DNA of 64,000 bases from Octopus vulgaris (lineage: Eukaryota), in NCBI GenBank assembly GCA_951406725.2, contig OX597820.1, positions 45,198,001 through 45,262,000 on the forward strand, written 5' to 3'. Numbering within the stretch: position 1 is the stretch's first letter; each line of letters begins with the position of its first letter. Position numbers and translations under genes: made by a program. Positions 34,761-48,497 of the stretch are shown here, one piece after another. The notes beneath the pieces were generated by a model, which was not told the origin of the DNA, ran no database searches, and was given only the letters and a program-made list of their open reading frames with translations.

Positions 34761-37226
34761 GCAATACAACCCTTATCGTGCGTGTCTATTATCAAAAGCT
34801 TAAAGCTGTTACCGTCCTGTCCTTTTGTGTAAGGGACGACATTCTCCAATGCACCCGTCTATATTTACGACAATGGGAAGTGATTTGAGAAAAATTTGAC
34901 TGATATTCTAACAGGTTGAGCAATCGTGTAGAGCCGCCTATGTACTTGATGTTGATACTTTTACTAGAGCAAAAAAGGTATCGAGTTTGAGGTAGAAGTG
35001 GGTCGTTGAAATTCGGAGGAAAAAATGTCCGACTAAATTACATAAACAAAACAACTATACATACAAAAATATACTGTTGATGTTTTTGAAGTTCCAATGA
35101 AAAAACCTTGGATCTAAGTTAAAAACCAGTTCTTTATTGGCAAGAAATCTTCAAATAAAACTGAATAACGACATATACATATTTATATATAGTGGATCTT
35201 GCAGGCATGAAGTGGATTCGATCCACCATAGCCAAATCTCAAGTAACAGCTCAAAAAACTTTTCTCACGGTGGAACAATAGTTTTTCTGTGACAGCAGTT
35301 TTACATTTGCCAAATTGCCTTAGTTTGGCCGAAATAATGTCTTCACCACTTGACCTTTCTAACCTCTTCTACTTCACCAAAAGCTAGAATTAAGATAACA
35401 AGTACCACCAACGAAATTCATTGTTTTCAACGATATGTCTATTCTTCTGGATAGGTATAAAAACAAGAACTCCCAAGCAAAAATCAGTTAGTCACTTGGT
35501 GACAACTCAGTTAGTCAGTTAGTGACAACTCGAGTTGGTGAGTTAGTGAGAACGGAGTCTGGCTGACCGGCTCAACAAAACGCCGTTTCTAAAGATAAGG
35601 GCACAAAAATGTCAACTATGGTAACTCACCATAGCAGTTGTTTCGTCCCACACTCTCTCACTCTCAATAGCTCACTGTATTTTCTCTTACAGCATGATTC
35701 TAATTCTATCTGTAATTACTACTACACAATAACTAGAACAAACACAACGAAAATCAACGACATATAACTTTACTTCGCAGGCTCTAGGATTTTATCACCT
35801 GCCCGTCGAGGCAAGGTATATTCAATATAACGGTAAATAAATATTTTCTTCATAACTTCAATCACTGTTCTTTCATCTTTACATAATGGCAATCAACAAA
35901 GAACCAATCCTTATCATCGTTAAGAAATTCAAATCCAGAATTTTCAACATCGAAGAAACATATTTCAGTTCGTAACGAGATAAATCGAGAGAGCACTTTT
36001 CCTTTCGAGAGTCACCGCACTTCTGTATGAAGTAGTAAGCACTTAAAATCAGAATCCATAGTTTTACATAGGGATGCAAAATGTCTGCACCGTAGGGAAT
36101 GCGATTTTATGTAATTCATCATTTTAACAACATTGTCCATCGTCTTCAGGAGACCATTAGGTAGAAGTTTTGACAACAAAACTTCGCGGTGAATCATGCA
36201 ATCTACAACTTAATTTGTTTCTAATACATGAGCCATGAAACCCTTTTTTCGACCCTGCATGGATGGAGCGCCATCAGTGCAAACGCTAATATAAGTTTGC
36301 CCCTGCATCCCTCTCAATACGACATTTTGGTTTACCAGATTAAAGACATCTTCTCCTGTCGTTCTTTCCTTCAATTCACAACAAAAGAAAAACTGACTTA
36401 TGATTTTAGCACCTCTAATGATTCGTAGAATTGAAATTAGTTGAGCTTTGTTGTTGATGTCTGTACTTTCACCGATTTGCACACAAGTTTTCGAGTTAAT
36501 TTTTTGCTCCAGTGAAATGTTCGCGGAGCTAATCCCCAATGTCTCGCGAAATGTCTTGAATTTTACGAGAAATCGTGTGGGCAGATAAAGGAATGGTTTT
36601 AATTTGTTTGACAGCTCCATCAATAATCATTGTGCCAATGGCTATCTCCAAGGCTGGTAAAATAATGTTTTCGACATCAGAATGTGTTTTTTTTTTCTTT
36701 GTCAAAAGCTGGGCAATCTTGTAACTAGCGATTTGAGCTTTCTCGGGAATTGAGTGAAATTTCTTCAGCCTTTTTGATTGAATTTTAAAATTATTTTTTA
36801 GCATCTCTAAGTATTCATTTGGTTTGTCCTTATGTTGCGGATGATTTGTTATTAAATGACGTTGAAGTTTACTGGGAACCATCGCTTCATTTGAGAGTGC
36901 TGTTAAACAAATCATACAAAAAGGAACCGAGTTGTCTTTTTCCGATAATATAAAACCATAATTGGATGTAATTTTCTTTATATTTCGTTTTGATGAGGTG
37001 GACTTTTTATTCTGGTATTCGTCTTGTTTGCTATGACTCTCTTTCTCATTTTTCTGAGGTCACAATAAAGATTTGTCCATGTTTAAATCTAAAACTAAAA
37101 ATCAATTAAAATTAACATAAAATAATTTATGTAAATTATAAATAAATCAAAAATTTAAAACTACTAGGATTACTAAACAATTTACTTAGAGACAAACCCG
37201 GTTTAAATGCAGAAATGTAATATATT

Positions 37227-37353
37227 CTTTTCTACTCTAGGCACAAAGCCCGAAATTTTTTGGGGAGGGGGCCAGTCGATTAGATCGACCTCAGTACGCA
37301 ACTGGTACTTAATTTATCGACCCCGAAAGGATGAAAGGCAAGGTCTACTTCGG
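37227..37353 (-). mobile_element. 3' body of a family C SINE fused to the 18S fragment
   Basis: Matches 41795-41925; the whole chimera is flanked by TATATT repeats. Confidence 0.9.
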
Positions 37354-37428
37354 AGACACCATGAACTTACACTTGCATGGCTTAAGCTTTGAGACAAGCA
37401 TATGACTACTGGCAGGATCAACCAGGTA
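37354..37428 (-). pseudogene. 18S rRNA 5'-terminal fragment (~75 nt)
   Basis: TACCTGGTTGATCCTGCCAGTAGTCATATGCTTGTCTCAAAG.TTAAGCCATGCA is the universal eukaryotic SSU rRNA 5' end, starting at the mature first nucleotide. Confidence 0.95.
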
Positions 37429-38002
37429 TATATTGTAGTAAAACTGCTGTTCGTCGTGTAACGTAATTAATTTATATTTATGCTCGAACTTTGCGAATTT
37501 CTTGAATCGTTGTTTCCCGAAAATCTCGCAAATATTTTTTCGCGGCACCCTAGGTATCTCTTGCGGCATACCACTGTGCTGCGGCACACAGTTTGGCAGA
37601 CACTGGTGTAGATAGTGAAGAGCCCTATAGGTTTTGACGAATTAATTTATATGTCGACACACAATCAGACAGTCACCGTTCCTTCTCATTTATATAACAA
37701 CGCTTATAATATCAATGGGAAAAGAATGAGCATCAGAAAATCTCGTTTGACTTTTCCTATAAATCTGCGCGCTTTCATACTTATGTAAGAAAATATTATT
37801 AACGTAGTTGTTATGTGTCAGCCATGTCACGTACTTTGTTATATTACCTGTTTTCATAGTGTCTTAGTTTACTTCCATAAAGAACACACACACACACACA
37901 CACACATGTCTGTGTATATATGTGTGCATGAATGTACGTATACATGTATACATATATATATGCATATTTGATTTAACCGAAAATGCAGAAATGACATATA
38001 TA

Positions 38003-38475
<473 letters not shown>

Positions 38476-38689
38476 GAATATATTTATATTACATGTACGT
38501 ATTTATGATTGTACCTGTTTGTGTGTCTGTGCGTACTGAAAGGTTATCCACTCCTGCGTCAAATGCCTTAAAAAAGTAGGAAGTGTATTCTGAATAATGT
38601 ACACTACATCTGAATAAAGAAGAGATGGTCATGCTTAGAATGTCTCCGATCACAGGACTGTTCAATCAAAATGCTGAAAGATGTATGGA

Positions 38690-38723
<34 letters not shown>

Positions 38724-39489
38724 TGCCACTTACGCATACATGAGAACTCGCACGTTCACTTACTCATTCTCTCTCACACACACATGCACGCGTACATACA
38801 AAAAAATTTACACAGGTATTGATGTATGTACGTATATATGACAACACACCCCTTCATTCACTCTTTCTCTCTCTTTCTCTTTTTCTCTCTCCCTCGTCCC
38901 CTCTCTCTCTTCCTCTTTTCTCTCTCCCTCTCTTCACACATGTCCATTTCATATATACGTACATACATCTTTCATGTTCTCTTCTCTTTCATTTTAAAAC
39001 AAAAGTAAATGAATAAAAAATGTATCATGTACACAACCCCCGTACCCTGAAGAACATACCCAAGGCATCTCTCCGTTATATGGACGGCTAATAGGTTACT
39101 GTTGTTATTTTTGAAGATTGGTTCTTTAATCTTTTTATCCCAGCAGCAGAGAAGTATTATAAGGAGAAGGGGGGGATTCCTTTTAAGGTTTTACAAAATA
39201 GTAATTATTTGTTTGTAAGCTCAAAATATTTTTTTGTTAACCGTGTCTTATTGAAAATGCATTCATAAATAAAGTACAGCACTGGGAAGTGGCTATTAGC
39301 GATGTAAACACCACCAAATTGTACGTATTCGTAAATTTGAAATACTTTAGTTTTTCGTTTTGTTATTGTATTAAAAAATAATATATGCATTTGTTTGTAA
39401 ACTTAAAATAGGTTTTTGTTAACCATGTCTTATCGAAAATGTATTCATAAATAAAGTACAGCACTGGGGAATGGCTATTAGCAGTTTAG

Positions 39490-40462
39490 GCAACTAGGAA
39501 AACAAGTCCCCCACCCCCAACGACTTCCGCGATGCAACTATCATCACCATCTACAAGAAGAGAGACCGAGAGGATTGCAACAACTATCGGGGCAACTCAC
39601 TCCTGAGTATTGCAAGTAAGATCTTCGCCCGTATCCTACTCAGTCGTCTCCTCATCCTCGCGGAAGACGTCCTCCCTGAGTCCCAGTGTGATTTTCGACC
39701 CTCTCGAGGCACAATCGACATGATCTTTTGTACCTGTCAACTCCAGGAGAAGTGTCAGAAACAACAACAGTCTGAAATGTTCATCTGGGATCTAAAGAAA
39801 GCCTTTGACAAGGTCCCCCGTCCTGCAATGTGGGCGCTGACCACCCGGACAAAGATCATGGTCTTCCGTACCATTGTCCTGTCAACCCTACGCTTGTGAG
39901 TCTTGGATGTTGTACCGCAGTGACTTCAAGCGCCTTCAACATACAACGAGAAGATCACGTTACCAACAACGAGGTTCTTCGCCGCGCCTCACTACCAAGT
40001 GTCGAAGCCACCATTCTTCGCCATCGTCTCCGCTGGGCAGGTCACATCTAGCGTATGGAGCCCTCTCGTCTCCCAAGGATCATGCTCTACGGAGAAATTT
40101 CAATCGGTACAAGACCCAGAGGAGGTCCGAAATTCCGTTTTAAACACCAGCTCAAACGGACCTTGGCTCAAGCTAACATCCAGCCATCCTCATGGGAACA
40201 GATTGCCCTGGATAGGACAGCCTGGAGGACTGCTATCCGCAATGGAGCCAGCTCCTTCGAGTAGAACAGACAATAGAATGCGGAGGCAAAAGGCAGGAGA
40301 AGAAAGGAGCATCTTCAACCTGCACCGACCATCCCGTACGATTTCTGCCCACGACTCTTTCTCCACCGACTTGGACTCCAAAGTCACTCTCAGCACACAC
40401 ATCAGCCGTGGGGACTGGACGGAAACTGACGAACCTAATGCTCAGATACGAGCTAGAGCCGA
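39490..40462 (+). mobile_element. RTE/BovB-like LINE remnant with internal deletions
   Basis: DATIITIYK, NYRG, LPESQC, DLKKAFD, RLRWAGH and PRIMLYGE motifs; flanked by a ~33-bp duplication. Confidence 0.88.
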
Positions 40463-40818
40463 CTACAGCACTGAGGAATGGCTGTTAGCAGTTTAGACTA
40501 GGCTAGGTCAGGCCTAGACTAGCCTATAGACGAGCAGTAGGACTTAAGTCATGTCTCCTGGAACCAGTTAACGACTTAGGGTGAGGTATACCTATGTGTG
40601 TGTGTGTGTATATATATACACACACACACACATACAAATATGTATGTGTACTTTTGAGTGTGTGCACGCACACATATATGTATATATATGTTCCTACACA
40701 CAGTTTGTGTACCCACATATATACATATATATATGTAGATATATACATGTGTGTGCGTATATATACACGCTCCCCTTCCCTCACTTACTCAGTCACTCAC
40801 TAGCAACTAGCCAACCAA

Positions 40819-40900
<82 letters not shown>

Positions 40901-41149
40901 ACACACACACAGTTAAACCGTTAGCTAAGAGCCCATAATTTATCTTCAAAATCATAATTATGTTAATGTTTGTTAAATGCGCTTTACGTTTCTCTTTTTT
41001 TTTCTTCTTGTTTCTTTAGCAGACGACCCATGACGCATCACACTCAATCCACATGAAATATTCATCCGCCGACATTGACCATATACCATGATATGATATA
41101 AACCGCAGAGAAATTAGAGAAGTTCCGGAACAATTGTACGAAATCTACA

Positions 41150-41459
41150 ATGAACCGCCTGAGAAAAGAGATAAAGGTAGCGAGTATATTATCTGCTCCG
41201 GAGGAACATCGATGGAGCGCTCAGACATACACTTTGCAAGAACTAGTTTCAAAGTTTACTTTACCACGTGTGGTAATGTGCGCTGCTGAATCTTGCTATC
41301 TCAATGAAATGGAATTTGAGTTCGATCTGAAGCAGCCGCTATTGATTTTTAATTTTCGTGAAATACGAAAGCTTCAGACGAAGTGTTTGGAATATAACGA
41401 ATCGGAGGAAAGTTATACAGAGAATGGACCTGACGTGATAATTCCAGAGGATTATGACG
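41150..41459 (+). CDS. CABIT-domain protein (GAREM/THEMIS/serrano-like), coding exon 1
   Basis: WSAQTYTLQELVSKFTLPRVV...QPLL...IPEDYDG. Upstream acceptor TAGCAG at 41017-41022; donor G|GTAGGA (phase 1). Confidence 0.88.
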
Positions 41460-41792
41460 GTAGGAATTAATTATTTAACAGTGGTGAATGGTGGTGGTAG
41501 TGGTTGTGGCGGCGATGACAGTTGTGGTTGTAGTTGTGATGGTGGTAGTTGAGGTGGTGGCAGTAGTAGTATTAGTATTAGTAGTAGTGCTGGTGGTGGT
41601 AGTGGTGGTGGTGGTGGTGGTGGTAGTAATAGTAGTAGTAGTAGTAGTTATTGTTGAGTAACCCTGACCATCTCTGTGAGAACAAATCTATTGAATGGAG
41701 ATCAATAACCGAATGTTGAAGGAGCAGCTATACTCTGTATTGTCTGTCATTCTATGTTCAGCCATTCGTGGGTTTAACATTTTATTACATAT

Positions 41793-42007
41793 ATTCTTTT
41801 CTACTCTAGGTACAAGGCCCGAAATTTTTGGGGAGGGAGACAGTCAATTAGATCAATCCTAGTACCCAACTGGTACTTGAATTATCGTTCCCGAAAGGAT
41901 GAAAGGCAAAGTCGAACTCGGCGGAATTTGAACTCAGAACGCAAAAACAGACGAAATACCGCTGAGCATTTTGCCCGGCGTGCTTAACGTTTCTGCTAGC
42001 TCGCCGC
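41793..42007 (-). mobile_element. tRNA-derived SINE (family C); further copies at ~42200-42405, 49180-49337, 50915-51125, 52998-53190 (+) and 59465-59683
   Basis: Shared ggcgagct(g/a)gcagaa head and gtcgactttgcctttcatcc body. Confidence 0.88.
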
Positions 42008-44506
42008 ATATATTTTGCTACAGGTTGGATATCAGTGGACATGGTATGCAACTAGTTAGTTCTGAAAAGTGGAGACCATAATTGTAGTGTTAGATACAGA
42101 AAAGTGAGGAGATATCACGTTGGTAGCCTAGAAGATAAACGTATTGGTTAGTTTTGTAAATCATAGATGATTTTCATTTTGATGCAGCCTAAGAATATTG
42201 ATTTCAAATTTTGGTTCAGAGCCAGTAATTTCAGGGTAGGGGATAAGTCGATTATATCGACCCCGTTGTTCAATTGGGACTTATTTTATCGACTTCAAAA
42301 GGCAAAGTCAACTCCGGCAGTATTTGAACTCAGAAGGTAAAGACGGAAGAAATGTCGCTAAGCATTTTCCCCGGCGTGGTAACGATTCTACTAGCTCGCC
42401 GCCTTGCAGTCTGAGGATACTAATATATGTACTAGCAGCACAGTCTTTGCTGTAATTGCAGTAGTAATCCACAGTGGAATACTGATACTATCCTTGAACT
42501 TTGTAGAGAGTCAGCAACTGCTCGGGTTTGAGGTATATTTTTTGGCTCTTAAGTGGAAAATCAATGTTTTAGAAGTATTTCAGGTGGTTAGAGTCAGTGG
42601 GCAAGCGTGGGTTTTGACCACTCTGTGCGGTAATCAATTGGGCCTCCACCTTCCTTAAACGTAACATACCATCAACTACAGCAAAAGTATTTATAAAACG
42701 TGGCCTCCTTCTGCGGTTTGCCTCTTATGCTACATAGTATATGTTTATCTCATAAATTACGTGTTTTACTGTCAGAATAATCATATTTGTTAGCCGGAGA
42801 CGTTACGAATATTACCGCACAGTTTAAGACCCCAGAAAAGCCAAGCCATGTTCACAAGGATCACATATATATAGTCAAACAGAACGAGAGTACGAATGGT
42901 TGTGCCTATAGGGTACTGGCTTTCCAGTGGAATAGCTTGAGATTTGTATCTTGTCATTATTGTTGTGGTTGTGTTACGAAACTACCCACGATCGAGTCTA
43001 TCCAGCTCTTACTAGGTACCACAATATAATTTAGATGACTGCTGCACTTCGCTCTCAGTGACGCTAGCAACGGAAACTAAAGATAATTGCCAGCCTTATG
43101 TTTTCTTTTTTATTCGGAATAGGATTAAGAATAAGGCCTTTCCGCAGCAATTGTTGCAAATTATTTCAGTAGTTGCAGTATTGAAAGGGTTACACACAAT
43201 TAAGTTATGTTTGTGAGCAATCATGCATCGGCTTCAATTTGAGGTTTTCTACATTCCTAATGTTTTGTGGAATGCAGGAGAAATATGTCAACCTCAACTG
43301 CTGCGGTCTCACATTCCTCCCCGCCTGTAATGTCGGTGGTCTATACTGGATGAGTTTAAGTATAAATGATGGATCTTGCTCGGTTTCGACCGTAAGTGTT
43401 TAAGTTATTTGATCTTGTTTGATCGATTGAACCAATTATTGATTGTATTATTGTATAACTGGCTGTGTACTCCACAGATTTTGGGGGCACCGTCTTGAAG
43501 GGCTTAGCCAAACGAATTAGTCGATTCCAGTACTTATTTTTAAAATTTGGTATCTATTCAATCAATCTTTCTTTGTCGAGCCACCAAGTTACAGGGATGT
43601 AAACAAAGCATCATCGGTTGTCAAGATGTGATGGGGACAAAGACGAGCACAAAGGCATACGGACGCGCGAGCACAAACACACACACACACACATAATCGA
43701 GGAGTTGCCATACCAAATTAACTAAAAAGCATTATTTAACATGATGTGGGGTGGAGATATTGAGAGAGAGAGAGAGAGAGAGAGGTTTCCAGTCAGTTAT
43801 GCATGATGACGAATTACATTTGACATGTTTTATCAACAGACCTTCATTAAGCTTACTACTAAGCATTAGAAATAGATATAGTGTCACTTTTAAATCCATG
43901 TAAACTTGATTCTTTTTGTTGCTTGCTAATCCTGCTGTGATACATTATTGTAAGCAATAGGATGGTCTATTCACGTATAACGAAAGAATTTCATATAAAT
44001 GACACGGATATTCGTGACGGGATTTTGAAAAGGATTTTCATGTTTGAAACAAAAACTCGTGACATGTGTAAAGATAAGTTATTAATTCATCGCACTATTT
44101 GTAAATATTGCCTGAGACAAGGTGCGATATTTCTGCCCTCCCCCACTCTCTTTTATTTTCTCTGTTACGCAAACACTCATGTGTAGTGATGGTGGTGGTG
44201 GTGGTGTATGCGTGTACATACAAGTATATCTGATGAGTGTCTGTGTGTACGTATGTGTGTGTGCATGTGTATGCGTGTGTGTGTGTGTATCTTGTTTTTT
44301 TTTTTACTTGTTTCAGTCATTAGACTGTGGCCATGCTGGGGCGACGTCTTGAAGAAATTTTGTCGAATAAATCGACCCCAGTACTTATTTCTTAGGTACT
44401 TGTACTTATTCTATTGGTCTAATTAGTTGAACCGCTAAGTTACGGAAACATAAACACACCAACACCGGTTGTCAAGTAGTGGTGGGATAAACACGGACAC
44501 AAAGAC

Positions 44507-44630
44507 ACGCACACGCGCACACGCGCACACGCGCACACGCGCACACGCGCACACGCGCACACGCGCACACGCGCACACGCGCACACGCGCACACGCGCAC
44601 ACGCGCACACGCGCACACGCGCACACACAC
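44507..44630. repeat. (ACGCGCAC)n 8-mer microsatellite in the middle of a family B SINE
   Basis: Seen directly. Confidence 0.9.
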
Positions 44631-44907
44631 CCGTACGCGCACGCACGCACACACACAAACTTTGGAAGCACCGAATGTGTTGGTGTTTTACAGGTATGAA
44701 AGTAAATCTCGAACACTATAGTTGTGAAAACTACAGAGAAACATTGGGTATTTACCCTTAGAAGCCGGAAAAAAGCTGCCAGCAAGTGGCTATGGCGATT
44801 CGAACCCCGCACCTCGAAATATACAATATTATATATCCATTACGACCGATCTTACCGATCGGTTTCTCACTAGGGGTTCCACGGAGAGTTATATATATAT
44901 ATATGTA

Positions 44908-46012
44908 CTAGGTTGTCGAGAAAGTTCTTGCGGTTTTTAACCTTTGAATTCAGATGCACCATATCTCGGCTCAAACGAAACTTTATTAATCGAAATAAAC
45001 ACCATTAGAATCAACACACTTTTGCCAATGCGAAACAAGTTTATTTATGCCAGTAGCGTAAAAATCCTGTGTTCTGGTGGCGATGAAGTCGTTGAAAGCA
45101 TGTTTAGCATCGTCTTGGTTTTTGAAGCATTTCTCACGCAGGAAGTTGTCGAGGTGCTTGAAAAAGTGGTAGTCGGTAGGCGAGAGGTCTGGTGAGTATG
45201 GCGGATGAGGCAGAGTTTCGTAGCCCAATTCGTTCAACTTCTGCAGGGTCAGTTGTGCGATGTGCGGCCGAGCGTTGTCGTGGAGAAGAATTGGTCCTTT
45301 TCTATTGACCAATGCTGGCTGTTGTTGTCGGAGTTTCTTATGCATTTCATCCATCTGCTGACAGTACTTCTCCGCCTTAATGGTTTCGCTTGAATCCAAA
45401 AAAGCTGTGATGGATGAGACCGGCCGCAGACCACCAAACAGTCACCATGACCTTCTTTTGGTGCAACTTTGGCTTCGGGAAGTGGCGCGGAGCTTTGTTA
45501 GCATCCAACCACTGAGCTGAGCGTCGCCGGTTGTCGCGAAGAATCCATTTTTCGGCGCAAGTCACAATCCAGTCTAGAAACGGGTCGTTCTTGTTGCGTA
45601 AAAGAAGGGAAGACGATATTTCAAAACGGTGTATTTTTTGGTTGTCGTTCAATTCGTGCGGCATCAATTTCTCAAGTATTTCGTCACCGCTACGAAATTT
45701 CTTGAACCACCATTGTGCTGCACGTTCATTAGTGGTTCCTGGGTCAAACGCATCGTTGATATCCCGAGCTATTTCAGCAGCTTTTCGACCTAGCTTGAGC
45801 TGGAATAAGAAAATTGTGCGAATTTGCTTTTTGTCCATCTTGTATTCAACGTTCCGGAAAAAATGACCTAATTATTCAAAAAGAAAAAGAGTAACACGAT
45901 TAAATAGAATGAAAACAGGCATTAAAATGATATATAAAGTCAAAGTAATTTAACGAAAATTAATTTGAAAATACATCATTTAAATTCCGCAAGAACTTTC
46001 TTAACAACCTAA
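44908..46012 (-). mobile_element. mariner (DD34D, Hsmar1/cecropia-like) element, defective
   Basis: TA-flanked TIRs (c/t)taggttgt..agaaagttcttgcgg. Motifs VTCAEKW (D to A), HDNARPH and YSPDLSPTDY; internal deletion and a frameshift near 45390. Confidence 0.95.
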
Positions 46013-46194
46013 TATATATAATCAATATATACGACAGGTTTGTTTCAGTTTCCATCGACCAAATCCACTCTCAAGGCTTTGGTCAGCCTGGGGCTATAAC
46101 AGAAGATATTTGTCCAAGGGCCACATAGTGGGACCGAACCCCCGAACCATATGGTCGGGAAGCAAATTTCTTACCATACAGCCACACCTCATCG

Positions 46195-47120
46195 TATGTA
46201 TGTATGTATGTATGTATGTATGTATGTATGTATGTATGTATGTATGTATGTATGTATGTCATTATTCAGTTTCATTTCAAGATTTTTTGCCAATAGAGAA
46301 AGAGTCGGTTTCTAACCTAGATACAAGGCTCCTTCATTGCAATTTTAACATCAACAACAGGGTATGTATGTATGTATGTATGTATGTATGTATGTATGTA
46401 TGTATGTATGTATGCATGTATGTATGTATGTATGTATGTATGTATGTATGTATGTATGTATGTATGTGCAGATTTGTATGTTTTATCTATGTATTCTCAT
46501 GCATGTAGTTGCATGTGTAGACATGCTCATATATATTTAAATGATAAACTTCTGGGAAGTTTTACACATTTTTATAGTTCCAGTGATGGATTGAATCTGT
46601 AGTCTTCGAATTAGCTTTCTCCTTTCTGGTTTTGAGAAATCTTATTTCTCAAGATTGGTATTTTGGTAATGTGTTACATATCCCAGGGTCCCAATAATTA
46701 CAATAAAACCTGAACTTGTAATCTGGATAGTGTAACTTCAGATTTCTGAATAGTTCAGCATAGGTGATCTGTTTTTCACTGATCTTCAGTTTCATGTTAA
46801 CATCTGCTGGGCAGTTAATTTCCACAACTGTACACAGTTTCTCTTCACAATCCCAAATCATTATATCAGGTCTGTTGAGCTTACATTTTATTGAGGTCTT
46901 CACTGGGACATTCCATCAGTACTCCATTTTATTATGAGGGGTTATAGCTTCTACCATATTGTGGGTTCTTATCTCTTTATCCTCGGTATTTTACTTCCGA
47001 CGGATTTCATTATAGAGTGTCCTACCTATAGCATCATGTCTCATCGGTAGATAATACCGTGATGACATTTTCGGACAACTGCTTATGATGTGGATGATAT
47101 CTTCAGTGTGAACCTCACGT
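46195..47120 (-). mobile_element. REL-endonuclease non-LTR retrotransposon (R4/Dong-like) 3' end, with internal and terminal (ATAC)n
   Basis: EDIIHIISSCP (CCHC), RHD, NRPDIMIWD...VEINCP and LQIQSITGT motifs. Confidence 0.85.
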
Positions 47121-47184
47121 ACGAATGCATTTATAGGTCTTAAAGTATGCATTTATAGGTCTTAAAGTATGTATTTATAGGTCT

Positions 47185-47590
47185 TATATTAAACTTAGCA
47201 AAGACCAAGGTCCTAGTAAACAAGAAACTAGAAAGGACACTTAATCCATCTTGTAAATGGCCCTGCTCGATATGTAGGAAGGGTGTAGGCAGAAATTATA
47301 TTTGGTGTTCCAAGTGCAAGCTATGAATACCCTAGAGGTGCAGTGGAATAATTGGAATGTTAACAGAGAAAGTTGTGTTCGTATGCGGAAGATGTACACG
47401 AGTCATAAAGTACCACAGATACACAGGAAACTGATTTCCTGAAATGTTGCGGTGGCTGTCTGGAAGTTGTAGATAATTTTTGCTACCAGGGGGACCTAAT
47501 TAACTGCGGAGGAAGCTGTACAGTACAGGAAGTGTAATTGCTAGAATAAGAGGGAGAAGTTCAGAGAGCTTGTACCTCTGATGGCAACCA

Positions 47591-47664
<74 letters not shown>

Positions 47665-48497
47665 TCTCTCACTCTCCTCACTTTCTCTCTCTCCGAGTGA
47701 AGGGAAGATTGTATGATGCACGTGTACGAACTGCAATGCTGCATGGTAGAGACTTAGGCCCTGAATGCAAAGGACATGCGAAGGCTGGATAGGAACAAAG
47801 CTGGTATGCTCCGCTGGATGTGTAATGTTCGTGTGTATGTGCGGTAGAACATTGGTGTACTGAGAGAAAAGTTGGGCATAAGAGGAATTATATTTAGTGT
47901 GCAAGAGAGGAGACTGCGCTGTTTTGGTCATGTGATGTGGATGGATGAAGACAGCCGCATAAAGAAGTGACAATCACTTAAAGTGGACGGTCGTTGTGGA
48001 AGAGGGAGATCCAGGAAGACATGGGACGGAGTACTGAAGGCTGACCTTAAGACACTGAACCTTACGAAGAAGATGACAGAGGATTTAGATATGTGACACA
48101 TTGCTGTGCTCGAGAAGCTCTGAATTGAGGTCCTCGACAGAATTGAGGTCCTAAAACCAAGGTACCGCATTAAGAAAAAAAAGCAAAGCATTAGTCTTGG
48201 TGCTGGTGCCACGTACAAAACATTGATATTGGTACCACTGAAAAGGTACTGGTGCTGGTGCCACATAAAAAGCTCCCAGTGCACTCTGTGGAATGGTTGG
48301 CGTTAGGAAGGACATCCAGCCGAAAGCAGACTATGCCAAGAAACTATATCAAGGGCATTCAGCCAAAACCGGACTATGCCAGAAACCAAGCCAAAACAGA
48401 CTGGAACCTGGTGCGGACCTTGGCCTTACCGGTTCCTGTCAAGACGTCCGACTCATGCTACATGGAAAACGGACGTTAAATGATTATGATGATGATG
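47185..48497 (+). mobile_element. Degenerate RTE LINE 3' half with (GAT)n tail
   Basis: NLAKTKV, WPCSICRKGVG, LEVVDNFCY and GRGRSRKTW motifs; (TC)n expansion at 47595-47693. Confidence 0.88.

Larger units (their letters stand above)
35860..37605 (-). mobile_element. hAT Buster/Charlie-type transposon, 3'-truncated, with pseudogenised transposase (~37080 to 35880)
   Basis: Terminus CAGTGTCTGCCAAACTGTGTGCCGC with NNNTANNN flank gtgtagat. Motifs CMICLTALSNEAMVPSKLQRHL, IPLSAHTISRKI, ESTDI, CTDGAPSMQG, CMIHRE and LLHTEVR. Confidence 0.93.

Noticed and set aside
37354-37428. Functional rRNA gene
   Set aside because: Only ~75 nt, with no remaining 18S, ETS or ITS sequence.
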